From positions 1-64,000 of the forward strand of contig CAZYIM010000011.1 in NCBI GenBank assembly GCA_964647565.1: DNA of 64,000 nt, read 5' to 3'. Position numbers and translations under genes: made by a program. Of the stretch, positions 48,274 through 57,766 are shown one piece after another. The stretch comes from an uncultured Methanosarcinales archaeon. Lineage in GTDB: Archaea; Nanobdellota; Nanobdellia; Woesearchaeales; CAZYIM01. The notes under the pieces were generated by a model. That model made no database searches. It had not been told where the DNA came from and saw only the letters and a program-made list of their open reading frames with translations. Every line of letters starts with the position of its first letter. Position 1 is the first letter of the stretch.

Positions 48274-49317
48274 TTAGACAAAAGGTCCCATCTCTTTCTT
48301 CAATATACCTATGTCTGCATCATCTGCAGGATCTGTCTTGTACTTGAGCGCCAGATAGAATGAGGCCCAGTCGCCTATATATATAGCAGAGAATATCTTA
48401 GACAACAGGCTATCTCCCTTGATGCCTATCTCAGAGACATCCACACCCCGCTTGGTCAACAATTTCTTAGTGATAGAAATCCTCTTGGTTATCCTCCTAT
48501 GATCCATATCAGTACTCAATATGACAACATGGAACTTTCCCTCCAGATTATGATAACCAAGGATCTCGTTATGTGTTAACTCAGAAAAGACATGGAATGC
48601 AGACATCACCTTGGAATGCTCATTGAACTGGGTCTTCCACCTATAGGCAACAGGGGCAAAGAATCCTGAAGAATGTATAATAGGCATCTTACCTTCCAGT
48701 TTCTTGGCCAGGTCAAGGCCTGCAAGTTCAAATACTTTCTTACCAAGATTCTTGATAAGACCCGCAACATCCCTCTCTTTCGAAGAAATGATCCTGCTGT
48801 TTTCCAAGACCCTAAGCAATGGAAAGAATGTATAGCCCAGTGCACACCGAGGATGGAAATTACCCGGAATCTTGATATGTGCTGTCCTGTTCAGAGCAGA
48901 GAGCTCCTCAATCTTGCCTCCTGAACTGATTGAAACAATATGGCAGCTCTTGCGGACCCCCTGCCGGTAGCAGGATATGGTCTCTTCAGTGTTGCCAGAA
49001 TAACTGACCACAAAAAGAAGTGTATCACGCCCAGCCTCTTTAGGCAGGTCATAATTCCTATTTACAGATATTGGAATGTCAAGATCCCTGAGATAAAGCT
49101 TAAGGATGTCGCCGCAGATAGCACTGCCACCCATGCCTGTAACCACTATATTCTTAACTTCTTCAGTTACAGTTACATTCTCGCCCAGACCAAATGCATC
49201 CTTGATTTGCAATGGAAACTCAGCTATGGCTTTCTTGAAGTTCTCCTTATCATAATGCAGAAAACTATCTGGAAACCTACCCTCTACTCCTTGTTCTGAA
49301 TTTTCCTCACTCAACAT
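48274..49317 (-). CDS. Bifunctional phosphoglucose/phosphomannose isomerase
   Basis: GMGGS, SYSGNTEET, RWKTQFNE and E..HNE motifs. Confidence 0.9.
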   Translation of the reverse strand: MLSEENSEQGVEGRFPDSFLHYDKENFKKAIAEFPLQIKDAFGLGENVTVTEEVKNIVVTGMGGSAICGDILKLYLRDLDIPISVNRNYDLPKEAGRDTLLFVVSYSGNTEETISCYRQGVRKSCHIVSISSGGKIEELSALNRTAHIKIPGNFHPRCALGYTFFPLLRVLENSRIISSKERDVAGLIKNLGKKVFELAGLDLAKKLEGKMPIIHSSGFFAPVAYRWKTQFNEHSKVMSAFHVFSELTHNEILGYHNLEGKFHVVILSTDMDHRRITKRISITKKLLTKRGVDVSEIGIKGDSLLSKIFSAIYIGDWASFYLALKYKTDPADDADIGILKKEMGPFV

Positions 49318-49368
49318 TAACCACCAAAGGAGAATAATGCATGTGAGCTTTTAAAGTTTTTGATAGAT

Positions 49369-50067
49369 TTAATAGATATGCGCATTATAGAAATCTATGA
49401 ATAAGTCTTCAAGCTTGGATGCAACTTTTCTCATATGCCTTTTTTTGACACCTGCCTGCTTTAAGTGATCATAATCTGTAGCCAGGTATGCCTGAGTCTC
49501 ATCCAACCATCTTTTTGGATGGACTTCAGCTTCATGCCATTTATTAAGTTTTATTCTGATAATAGGATCTATTGTTCTTAGAATCGACAATGCCTGTTTT
49601 CTATAATCAGGATAAAGATTATAAAATGCATGGGCAATCTCATGATCCTCTGTTTCGGATTCAGATCGATCATATGTTGCAATAATATAAAAATCCTCTT
49701 CGCGAATTGATTCAAATTGATCTAGCAGATCTTGTTCACCTATTTTCAAAGAGGAAAAGCAGCCTGCATAAAACGGCTTCATGACAGAAGAAGGGACTGC
49801 AAAGCCTTCATACTCGTCATAATATAAAAATTTCCCTGTCTTTTGACCCCTTTCTGTATTTTCAATATACCAATCTGAAACATCTTGCCAGGAGAAGATT
49901 TTACCCATCAATACAGGGTTCTCCCAATATTCGATAAATCTTCCAAAACTAGCACTCATGTCCTTTTGATTAATATATTGAATCTGGTATATCTTATCTG
50001 CAATCTGGGTCTTGGTACGAAGCCTGCCGACATTAACTCCTGCTATAACTTTGTTTCTATCATCCAT
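49369..50067 (-). CDS. Hypothetical HEXXH protein (paralogue 1)
   Basis: HEIAH and DETQAY motifs; collinear with 50100-50774. Confidence 0.7.
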   Translation of the reverse strand: MDDRNKVIAGVNVGRLRTKTQIADKIYQIQYINQKDMSASFGRFIEYWENPVLMGKIFSWQDVSDWYIENTERGQKTGKFLYYDEYEGFAVPSSVMKPFYAGCFSSLKIGEQDLLDQFESIREEDFYIIATYDRSESETEDHEIAHAFYNLYPDYRKQALSILRTIDPIIRIKLNKWHEAEVHPKRWLDETQAYLATDYDHLKQAGVKKRHMRKVASKLEDLFIDFYNAHIY

Positions 50068-50099
50068 TTTAATAATTTTTTAACCGATCAATATAAGTT

Positions 50100-50774
50100 C
50101 TATCCATAAATATATCTATCACAGAATTTCTTGAACAACACTTTTTGCTTACGCGCAGTTTGCCAAACGTGTCTTCTCTTAACCCCGTCTTCCATTAAGT
50201 AATCATAGTCTGTTGCTAGAAATGCCTGGGTTTCATCAGGCCAATGGGCAGGTATATATGTCCTTTCAAGACTCTTGTTGATTTTCTGCTTGGTTTTGGG
50301 ATTTATTAATTCAAGGTTTCTAAGAGATTCTTGGTTATATTCAGGAATAAGTTCAAAAGAAGCATGGGCAATTTCATGATTTAATGTGGTAGGTATGGAA
50401 GTGGATGCTGTTGATATAATGACGAATTCTTCCTCTTTAATTTGTTTGAACATTTTTTTAACATCACTCTCCATTGCTGAAAAAGGTTTAAATTTATTAT
50501 CATAAAAAAAATTTTTAACTTTAGAAGTAAAAGTAAATCCATCAACCTCTTCATGATAAACAAACTCATCCGCTTCCCTGCCTAAAGGAGAATTCATAAT
50601 ATACCACTCCTTAAACTCTCGCCAAGAAACATTTCGGCCTTTAAACTCAGAATTGTTTAAGATTTCATAGCATCTAGCAAAAGCTTCACACATGTATCTG
50701 AGATTATCATACCGTACATGATATATCTTATCTGCTATTCTGGTAAATTTTCTGAAGGATTCTATACCTGACAT
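50100..50774 (-). CDS. Hypothetical HEXXH protein (paralogue 2)
   Basis: HEIAH and DETQAF motifs. Confidence 0.7.
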   Translation of the reverse strand: MSGIESFRKFTRIADKIYHVRYDNLRYMCEAFARCYEILNNSEFKGRNVSWREFKEWYIMNSPLGREADEFVYHEEVDGFTFTSKVKNFFYDNKFKPFSAMESDVKKMFKQIKEEEFVIISTASTSIPTTLNHEIAHASFELIPEYNQESLRNLELINPKTKQKINKSLERTYIPAHWPDETQAFLATDYDYLMEDGVKRRHVWQTARKQKVLFKKFCDRYIYG

Positions 50775-50893
50775 ATTCAGTGAATAAAAAACTCCTATTT
50801 ATAAATTTTATGCATTTTTATCACTAAGTAGTGATAAAATATTCTCTTAGGATGTTTGAAAACCTTTTTAACCTCCACCTCCACCCCAAGACC

Positions 50894-52192
50894 ATGAAGA
50901 TTTTCATCCAAACATATGGCTGCACGCTCAACCAGTCAGATTCAGAAGTCATGGCAGGCCTATTGAGCCAAGAAGGCCATAAAATCGTAAAAACAGAAGA
51001 CCAAGCAGACCTTGTCATCATCAACACCTGCACAGTCAAGGATCCTGCTGAAAAAAAGTGTCTCTACAAGCTAAGGCATCTAAAAAAGCCTGTTGTTATC
51101 ACAGGCTGTGTCCCCCAGGCAGACATAAACAATGAGTTATGGAAAAAGTACTCTGTTGTGGGTGTCAAGCAGTTAAAACAGATAGCTTATGTGGCTGAAG
51201 AGACCCTAAAAGGCAATGTAGTTCATTTCTTTGGAGATTCAAAGGATCAAAGATTAAACCTGCCCAAAGTCCGTAAAAATGATTTCATCGAGATCATCCC
51301 ATTATGCTGCGGCTGCCTAGGAGAGTGCAGCTACTGCAAGACGCGGCATGCGAGAGGCAGCATCGTATCCTATAAACCCTCTGCCATAATCAAGCAACTG
51401 AAAACTGCCTTAAAAGAAGGCATCAAAGAATTTCATCTTACTTCCCAGGATAACGGCGCCTATGGACTAGACATCAACACCAATCTGCCAGAACTGCTCA
51501 GATCCATTTTAGCAATCAAGGGCGACTTTAGGATCAGGCTCGGAATGATCAATCCAGAACATACCCTTGTCTACCTGGACCAGCTTATCAAGATATATCA
51601 ACATGAGAAGATGTTCAAGTTCCTGCATCTGCCTGTGCAGTCTGGCAGCAACAAAATTCTCAAACTGATGAAAAGAAAATATAAAAAAGAGGACTTTATC
51701 AAGATCGTAAATGCATTTAAGAAAGCCATCCCAGAATTGACCCTCGCAACAGATGTCATATGCGGCTTTCCTGGAGAAAGCGAAAGCGATTTTTCTGAGA
51801 CTGTAGAGATTCTTAAAAAAACAAAACCATCAATACTTAACATATCCAAGTTCTTCTCAAGGCCAGGAACCCAAGCAGCTATCCTGGAGCAGGAAGAAAC
51901 AGGAATTAGAAATACCAAGATCAAGAAAAAACGCAGTAAAGTAATCCATGATCTCAGCCTGAAACTAAGACAAAATGACTCATGGATGGGTTGGCAAGGA
52001 GAAGTCTTGGTTGATGACATCGGCAAATACAATTCTTTAATTGCAAGGAATGATTTCTACAAACTGGTCATCATAAAGAAAAAAGGATATTTAGGTAAAA
52101 AAATAAAAGTTAAAATAATTGAAACCCACATGGATTATCTGGTAGCTGAAATCCTTACCCAAAAACAGCCTGATAGGAAAGCTGGGTGTTGA
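50894..52192 (+). CDS. tRNA methylthiotransferase (archaeal MtaB/e-MtaB type)
   Basis: TYGC..N..DS, NTCTVK, GCVPQ, CLGECSYC, HLPVQSG and GFPGE motifs; TRAM-like C-terminus. Confidence 0.9.
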   Translation: MKIFIQTYGCTLNQSDSEVMAGLLSQEGHKIVKTEDQADLVIINTCTVKDPAEKKCLYKLRHLKKPVVITGCVPQADINNELWKKYSVVGVKQLKQIAYVAEETLKGNVVHFFGDSKDQRLNLPKVRKNDFIEIIPLCCGCLGECSYCKTRHARGSIVSYKPSAIIKQLKTALKEGIKEFHLTSQDNGAYGLDINTNLPELLRSILAIKGDFRIRLGMINPEHTLVYLDQLIKIYQHEKMFKFLHLPVQSGSNKILKLMKRKYKKEDFIKIVNAFKKAIPELTLATDVICGFPGESESDFSETVEILKKTKPSILNISKFFSRPGTQAAILEQEETGIRNTKIKKKRSKVIHDLSLKLRQNDSWMGWQGEVLVDDIGKYNSLIARNDFYKLVIIKKKGYLGKKIKVKIIETHMDYLVAEILTQKQPDRKAGC

Positions 52193-52589
52193 AAAACACC
52201 AACGAGTAAAAATAGAAAAGAGAACCCAGAATCAATGCATGGACCAGCACCCTGACAAACTTATTCTTATTGAACCTAACCAGCCAGACAACTGTGCCTT
52301 TTGTAAGAGGCTCAAGGAACCTAAAGGCAGCTGTGAACAACAGGCCTACTGCCAACATCAATATCAAAACATGAAGATAAAAATTCAACTGAAGGCCTGT
52401 AACAACACCCTCAAAGAACTCATCAATCACACCAACAGCCAAAACTGTCTCAAACACAAAAAGGTATTTGTTGTACCTATTGATGTTTGTAACTTTTTTA
52501 ACCTCATCTGAAGCTGTATCAATGGTCTTGGTCGTCTCCTTTTTTATCTTGTTAACTGACTTCTCTAATTCAGATTTTTTATTTGTCAT
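52155..52589 (-). CDS. Membrane hypothetical protein
   Basis: About three hydrophobic segments after a charged N-terminus. Confidence 0.6.
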   Translation of the reverse strand: MTNKKSELEKSVNKIKKETTKTIDTASDEVKKVTNINRYNKYLFVFETVLAVGVIDEFFEGVVTGLQLNFYLHVLILMLAVGLLFTAAFRFLEPLTKGTVVWLVRFNKNKFVRVLVHALILGSLFYFYSLVFFNTQLSYQAVFG

Positions 52590-52641
52590 AACTAGCATAT
52601 GAAATTTATTATTTATAAACTTTTCAATAAGAAGAATATTC

Positions 52642-52725
52642 AAAAACAATTCTAAGCATATAATTTTTTCAAAACAATATTCAAAACATTTATACGAGAG
52701 AATCCAAAAAACAATTCTAAGCATA
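52642..52725. repeat. 19-bp direct repeat pair in a divergent promoter region
   Basis: AAAAACAATTCTAAGCATA at 52642-52660 and 52707-52725. Confidence 0.75.
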
Positions 52726-52811
52726 AATGTACCCAATAGGAAAACTATTGGAAACATTTATATATGACTTCATCATACCACATCATACAACGTAATATTG
52801 GAGGTGGTCAG

Positions 52812-53654
52812 ATGAAAGAAAGGGTTACTCTAACCATAGAAAGGGATATACTGCAAAAAGTCGATCAGATGGTCGACAGGAGCCGGATCAAGAACAGAAG
52901 CCATGCTGTTGAACTATTGCTGATAAAAAGCATTGGCGGTAACAGGCCCAGCAAAGCGCTTATATTGGCTGGCGGCAAAGGCACACGAATGGGTGACTTG
53001 GCTAAAACCATACCCAAATGCCTTCTCAAAATCCAGGGCAAACCCATTATGGAACACATCATTCTTTTATTCAAGAAATATGAAATCAAAGACATCATCA
53101 TTTGTGTAGGCCATCTCTCAGAACAGATAATAGATTATTTTGGAGACGGCAAGAAATTCGGTGTATCGATAACATATATCAAGGAAAACAACCCTATGGG
53201 CACAGCAGGACCATTGAAGCTTGCCAAGAAATTTCTGACTGAGACATTCATCATGTGCAATGGCGATGAACTAAAAGAGATAGACTTAGAAGACATGTAT
53301 AACTTCCATCGCGAGAACAGGGGAATGTCAACTATTGCTTTGACAACAGTCGAAGATCCAAGCGCATATGGAGTAGCTGTCATCAACGGAAACAAGATAG
53401 TGGCGTTTGTGGAAAAACCCTCAAAAGCCAACGCACCATCCAATCTGATCAGTGCAGGCCTTTACATACTTGAGCCAGAAGTCATCAATACCATACCTGA
53501 TGGTTATTCAATGATAGAAAACGATGTCTTCCCAAAACTTGCAGGTGAAGATGGACTGTTCGGATATCCATTCAGCGGCCAGTGGTTTGACACAGGCACA
53601 CCAGAAAGGTTCAAGAAGGCTGAACGACACTGGAAAGGACTTTCTCCGTTGTGA
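52812..53654 (+). CDS. RHH domain fused to a sugar-phosphate nucleotidyltransferase
   Basis: ERVTLTI...VD......NRS.AVE RHH; ILAGGKGTR, PK, GTAG, NGD, EKP and WFDTGT motifs; GGAGGTG upstream. Confidence 0.85.
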   Translation: MKERVTLTIERDILQKVDQMVDRSRIKNRSHAVELLLIKSIGGNRPSKALILAGGKGTRMGDLAKTIPKCLLKIQGKPIMEHIILLFKKYEIKDIIICVGHLSEQIIDYFGDGKKFGVSITYIKENNPMGTAGPLKLAKKFLTETFIMCNGDELKEIDLEDMYNFHRENRGMSTIALTTVEDPSAYGVAVINGNKIVAFVEKPSKANAPSNLISAGLYILEPEVINTIPDGYSMIENDVFPKLAGEDGLFGYPFSGQWFDTGTPERFKKAERHWKGLSPL

Positions 53655-53660
53655 TGTTTC

Positions 53661-55853
53661 ATGAATCGTAAAACCCGACTTGAAGACTTTAAAGGCCCTG
53701 AAGTTGAACGGCTCAAGAAGATTTACTTTGATCTGGTAAATAAACATACTCCCGAAGATATCAAGAAAACCCCTATCTTTGATCTGAAAAATGAAAAAGC
53801 CTTCAAGATCCGACTGACCAAGGAGCTGGTTGAAAAATGGCATCTTCGGGACTGGTTTAACAACTACAAAAAAGAGGCCATGATCTCAACTGCAGGCATA
53901 AGAGGTATCCAGAATGTTCTCTATCCCTGGGACACGCGATTCCCAATAAACCAACTGGGTATAGCGATGGCAACTCTAGCCAAGGCCCTGGTACTCAAGG
54001 AAGAACTAAAAGGAAAGGATATTCACAAGATCTGTTCTGGAGAAGTAAGGTATAACACAGACTCATACATAGACATAATAAGCAGGATTCAGACTGCAAT
54101 GGGAATCCATACCCACATCCCCATCAACAGAGAAAAGACCTCTGTCTGGATGACCTCGTTTCTCATCTTCATATTAGACTTTGACGGGGGAGAATATGTG
54201 ACAAGTAGCCACGCCCTGAGCAGCAAGATTGCCACCAAAGATCTGGATAATGAGGGTAGCCAATTCATACCTGATATGTCTATCAAGTTTGTGGACAAGA
54301 TCGAGCAGATCCTTAAAAAAGCCGAAAGCAAGGGTTTCGAGATAGAGTTTGCAAAAGCAGATTGCCCATTAATAATCGAAGACATAGATGGCATAGATCT
54401 CTACACAGAATACCTAAGGCAGGGCGTTGCCACTAAAGAGAGCCTGCAATTGATACGAGATGAGACTAAAAAAGGTATGGAAATTATGTTTGAATGCCTG
54501 GGCGGCTGCATCTATCCAATTACATCGAGAGTTTTCAAAAACCTCAACATCGACAACACTTTTGTCTGGAACAACCCAGAACCAAATCCTTTTTTCCATG
54601 GCGTTGGAAAAGTCATAGGTAACCCTATTACAAAAAAGCAAGAATTCTTTGACTGGGGTTGCGACACAGTACTCACAGAAGTTATCCTTACATTAGGATA
54701 TGAACAACTGCTTAAGAACAAGCCTATAGGTTACCTTGTAATGATGATAGATCCTGATGGCGACAGGATATCTCTTGGACAACTCGAATCTACAGAAAGA
54801 AAGGCTCACCTGGATAAACTTGGTATACGTTATATAACCATAGATGATCAAAAGGTTTTCACCTATTATACACCTAACCAGTCATTCTTCCTTACCATGA
54901 ACTACCATGCTGAACAACTGAAGAACAGCGGTCTTTGGGATAACCATCCAAGATTCATAATCAAGACAACCCCCTCCGCAGCATCATGGGATGAATGGGC
55001 AAGGAAAAATAATGTGTCTGTTATTGAGGTTCCTGTTGGCTTCAAAGAGATTGCCACTATCATGAGAAAGGTTGAAAAGCAGATCATGGACAATCCCAAC
55101 CAGGAAGTTAAGCTGCATGATGTCTACGGCAATCTGATCAACCTCGGAGTACAGCCACGACTACTTTTTGCCGGCGAAGAGAGTGGCGGCATGATAACAG
55201 GCTCTGAAGAACTTATGAAGAGTAAAAAAGGCAGGATTGCTATCTCAATGAGAGAAAAGAGTGCTGAAGAAGCAGCCATAATAATCTCTACATTGGCAGC
55301 AACCCTACACCAGAAAAAAATAATGGTGTCAGATTATATGACAGAGATATTCAGTCAACACGATATCCAGTGGAAGTATGATGTCCGAATCGACCAAAGA
55401 TTATACAATGAAAACAACCCAGATCCTGAAAGTATGAAAATAGAAAAAGCAAAAGGTGAGATCTTCAGGGATCATGTCGACAACTTTTTTCTCAGCCTCT
55501 CACTAACGAAGAAAACAGGAAAAATCGATCTTGATCAGACTAAAGTTATTCTTCAAGAAGCATTCCCAGATTTGGAATTTGACAATCTATCAGATATCTT
55601 CTTTGTTGGAGATGCCACTTACTTTCGGTTCTCAGACAAGTATGTCGAGATAAGAAAATCAGGAACAGATGCAATCATAAAGGGTTATAGCGCAGGCGCT
55701 AACAAGGAAGACTGTTTAAGATACGCAGAAACCATGTGTAAGTACGATGGTTCATTAACAAAAACTTTCAAGAAACTCATTCCAGACACATTATATCAAA
55801 ACGCACAAGAGACCAGTCTCAAACTATTGCGTAAGTTCCAAGAAAAAGTCTAG
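53661..55853 (+). CDS. Large divergent alpha-D-phosphohexomutase
   Basis: STAGIRG, TSSH, DPDGDR, VGFK, GEESGG and IRKSGT motifs. Confidence 0.8.
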   Translation: MNRKTRLEDFKGPEVERLKKIYFDLVNKHTPEDIKKTPIFDLKNEKAFKIRLTKELVEKWHLRDWFNNYKKEAMISTAGIRGIQNVLYPWDTRFPINQLGIAMATLAKALVLKEELKGKDIHKICSGEVRYNTDSYIDIISRIQTAMGIHTHIPINREKTSVWMTSFLIFILDFDGGEYVTSSHALSSKIATKDLDNEGSQFIPDMSIKFVDKIEQILKKAESKGFEIEFAKADCPLIIEDIDGIDLYTEYLRQGVATKESLQLIRDETKKGMEIMFECLGGCIYPITSRVFKNLNIDNTFVWNNPEPNPFFHGVGKVIGNPITKKQEFFDWGCDTVLTEVILTLGYEQLLKNKPIGYLVMMIDPDGDRISLGQLESTERKAHLDKLGIRYITIDDQKVFTYYTPNQSFFLTMNYHAEQLKNSGLWDNHPRFIIKTTPSAASWDEWARKNNVSVIEVPVGFKEIATIMRKVEKQIMDNPNQEVKLHDVYGNLINLGVQPRLLFAGEESGGMITGSEELMKSKKGRIAISMREKSAEEAAIIISTLAATLHQKKIMVSDYMTEIFSQHDIQWKYDVRIDQRLYNENNPDPESMKIEKAKGEIFRDHVDNFFLSLSLTKKTGKIDLDQTKVILQEAFPDLEFDNLSDIFFVGDATYFRFSDKYVEIRKSGTDAIIKGYSAGANKEDCLRYAETMCKYDGSLTKTFKKLIPDTLYQNAQETSLKLLRKFQEKV

Positions 55854-55892
55854 TCAAGTCTAACAAGAAACAAAATAGCTTTTCACCCCCCA

Positions 55893-56081
55893 TTAAATCC
55901 TGTACATAAAGGTATTTCTCTTACCTGTGTTCTTGTACTTGATGATATTAGATTTCCTTAGCTTCTTTAAGGACATAGTGACTGATCCTATGGAAATCTT
56001 CAACTTGGTTGCAATCTCTCGAGAAGTGAACCACTTGCCCTTGTTCTTACATAAAAAGTCATATACTTCTTGTTGACCCAT
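55893..56081 (-). CDS. Small winged-HTH protein
   Basis: MGQQEV..FL......FTSREIA..L.IS..SV...LKKL pattern. Confidence 0.75.
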   Translation of the reverse strand: MGQQEVYDFLCKNKGKWFTSREIATKLKISIGSVTMSLKKLRKSNIIKYKNTGKRNTFMYRI

Positions 56082-56123
56082 GTTATATACCTCAAAAACG
56101 TCTTAGTATTTAAGATTATATTA

Positions 56124-56300
56124 TCACCAGATAATAACAGCAACTAAAATGAATATCATTCCGACGGGTATAACCCCTGTAGCTATCTGTTTATCAAGGG
56201 TAAGTGCGACAAAGTATGCTGGAAAGTGCTTGATATAATCAACCGCCTTATAATAAAACTGCTTTACAGGCTCAAGATTGATATTTATGGATTTATCCAT
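56124..56300 (-). CDS. Small membrane protein (58 aa, not in the ORF track)
   Basis: MDKSININLEP...VGMIFILVAVIIW; TATA-like box about 25 nt upstream. Confidence 0.55.
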   Translation of the reverse strand: MDKSININLEPVKQFYYKAVDYIKHFPAYFVALTLDKQIATGVIPVGMIFILVAVIIW

Positions 56301-56448
56301 GACTAGTTCTCTTATGTTAGAACTATATAAACCTTTCTTTTTTGAAAGTTTATGCTCAGAAATCTTTTTTTGATTTCTCGCGTATAAACCTTGCTATTTT
56401 AAAAGAAAAAACACAATATTTATATAATTATACGTATTTTTACGTAAT

Positions 56449-57258
56449 ATGGTGGAAGTTATAAGCAGAATTAGTCGAGGAAGTGTGATGGACCAGATAT
56501 ACATCCCAAAAAAAAGGGCAGGTCTGGCTGTAGGCAGTTATGTACTCATCAAAGCCATCGAAACCAACATAGAAACAAAGACCAGACCTCATTTCTATCA
56601 CTTAAAATCCATTGAACCGATAAAAATAGAGATAATTAAGGAAATCTTCAAAATAATAGCCAGATCTGTTAAAGCTGATAACATCATCATCACAGGATCT
56701 TTCCTTGAGAAAGGCTTCCATTTCAAGGATGTTGATATATTGGTTTTGAGCGATGAAAAAGCAGATTTAAATCAAATCCAGAATCTCTTGGAAAAGGAAG
56801 TCGGAATTAAATCTCATCTGATCAAAATGACTAATAAAGAACTAATGAGAGGGATCTCAACAGATCCAATATACAGGCTAATGATGAGCAAGTTTGTTTC
56901 CTCCAAAAGGATTGTTATCAGAGAAAAAATAAATATTAACTATAAACTGCTTGATCTGCACCTCTTGCAAAGTCAGCCTTTTATTTACAATTTCGAGGAG
57001 TTAGCGGGTGATGAAAAATTTAACTTAATAAGAAACATGGTAGCAATACAATTATTTATTGAAAGAAAAAAACTTTCAAAAGCAAGTGTCGATGCAGCTA
57101 TTCAAACTCTTTTCAAGATTGAATCTGTACAGAAAATCAAGGATAACTTGCTTTCAGAGGATTTTCGAAAAAAGTTCAAGAAGCTTTATAAGAATCTACA
57201 AGACAGAATTCTTGAAGAAATTGGCAAGGCGTCAAAACAGAAAAAAGCTGATGGGTAA
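56449..57258 (+). CDS. AbrB-like domain plus nucleotidyltransferase protein
   Basis: RISRGS.MDQIYIPK N-terminus; ITGSF......DVDILV motif. Confidence 0.7.
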   Translation: MVEVISRISRGSVMDQIYIPKKRAGLAVGSYVLIKAIETNIETKTRPHFYHLKSIEPIKIEIIKEIFKIIARSVKADNIIITGSFLEKGFHFKDVDILVLSDEKADLNQIQNLLEKEVGIKSHLIKMTNKELMRGISTDPIYRLMMSKFVSSKRIVIREKININYKLLDLHLLQSQPFIYNFEELAGDEKFNLIRNMVAIQLFIERKKLSKASVDAAIQTLFKIESVQKIKDNLLSEDFRKKFKKLYKNLQDRILEEIGKASKQKKADG

Positions 57259-57569
57259 ATTAATAGGGAATCTTTCTAACTGTGTTGTTCACAAAATCAA
57301 TGTAGCTGCTATTAAAGAAGAAAATCTTCGGAACTATTACAATAAAGAGTTCACGACCAGCTTTGAAGAAGCAAAAAAGTACAGAAAAAAGATAAATCCC
57401 CCAATCCAACCATTCCCTGAAAAAAGACTTGTTAAAAATCAAGAAAAGAATCATAAAAAAAGTTAATTCCGAACTCAAGCGCAGAATTGTAATAGGCTAT
57501 AAAAACATCAATCTTGAACTGGTTGAGCCAAAAGTAAAAGAACTGCTAGAAAAAATAGAAATTAGCTGA
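57221..57569 (+). pseudogene. Partner gene of the NTase, apparently frameshifted at the A6 run 57420-57425
   Basis: Removing one A joins ...PFPEK to DLLKIKKRIIKKVNSELKRRI..., ending at TGA 57567-57569. Confidence 0.55.
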
Positions 57570-57592
57570 TACAGCAAAAAAGGTCGATACGC

Positions 57593-57724
57593 TCACTTAC
57601 CAAGGCCCATGCACACTGTCTGGCGGTTCATACACGTGGTACACTGATATACATGATAGACCCCATTGCCGCTGTTCATTGTCTCAATTCTCCGCATCTG
57701 TTCACTGCATTTCTTACAAAGCAT
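57593..57724 (-). CDS. Small zinc-ribbon protein (43 aa, not in the ORF track)
   Basis: MLCKKC...YQCTTC with two CxxC pairs; TTTATA box upstream on the minus strand. Confidence 0.7.
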   Translation of the reverse strand: MLCKKCSEQMRRIETMNSGNGVYHVYQCTTCMNRQTVCMGLGK

Positions 57725-57766
57725 AAAAACACCAACTAAAAAAGAACTATATAAATTTTTTCAAAA

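Noticed and set aside
49369..50774. Diversity-generating retroelement TR/VR pair
   Set aside because: No reverse transcriptase in the window, and differences between the paralogues are not adenine-specific.
52635..52760. CRISPR mini-array or replication origin
   Set aside because: Only two 19-bp copies, no cas or orc1/cdc6 gene in the window, and no ORB-like G-string.
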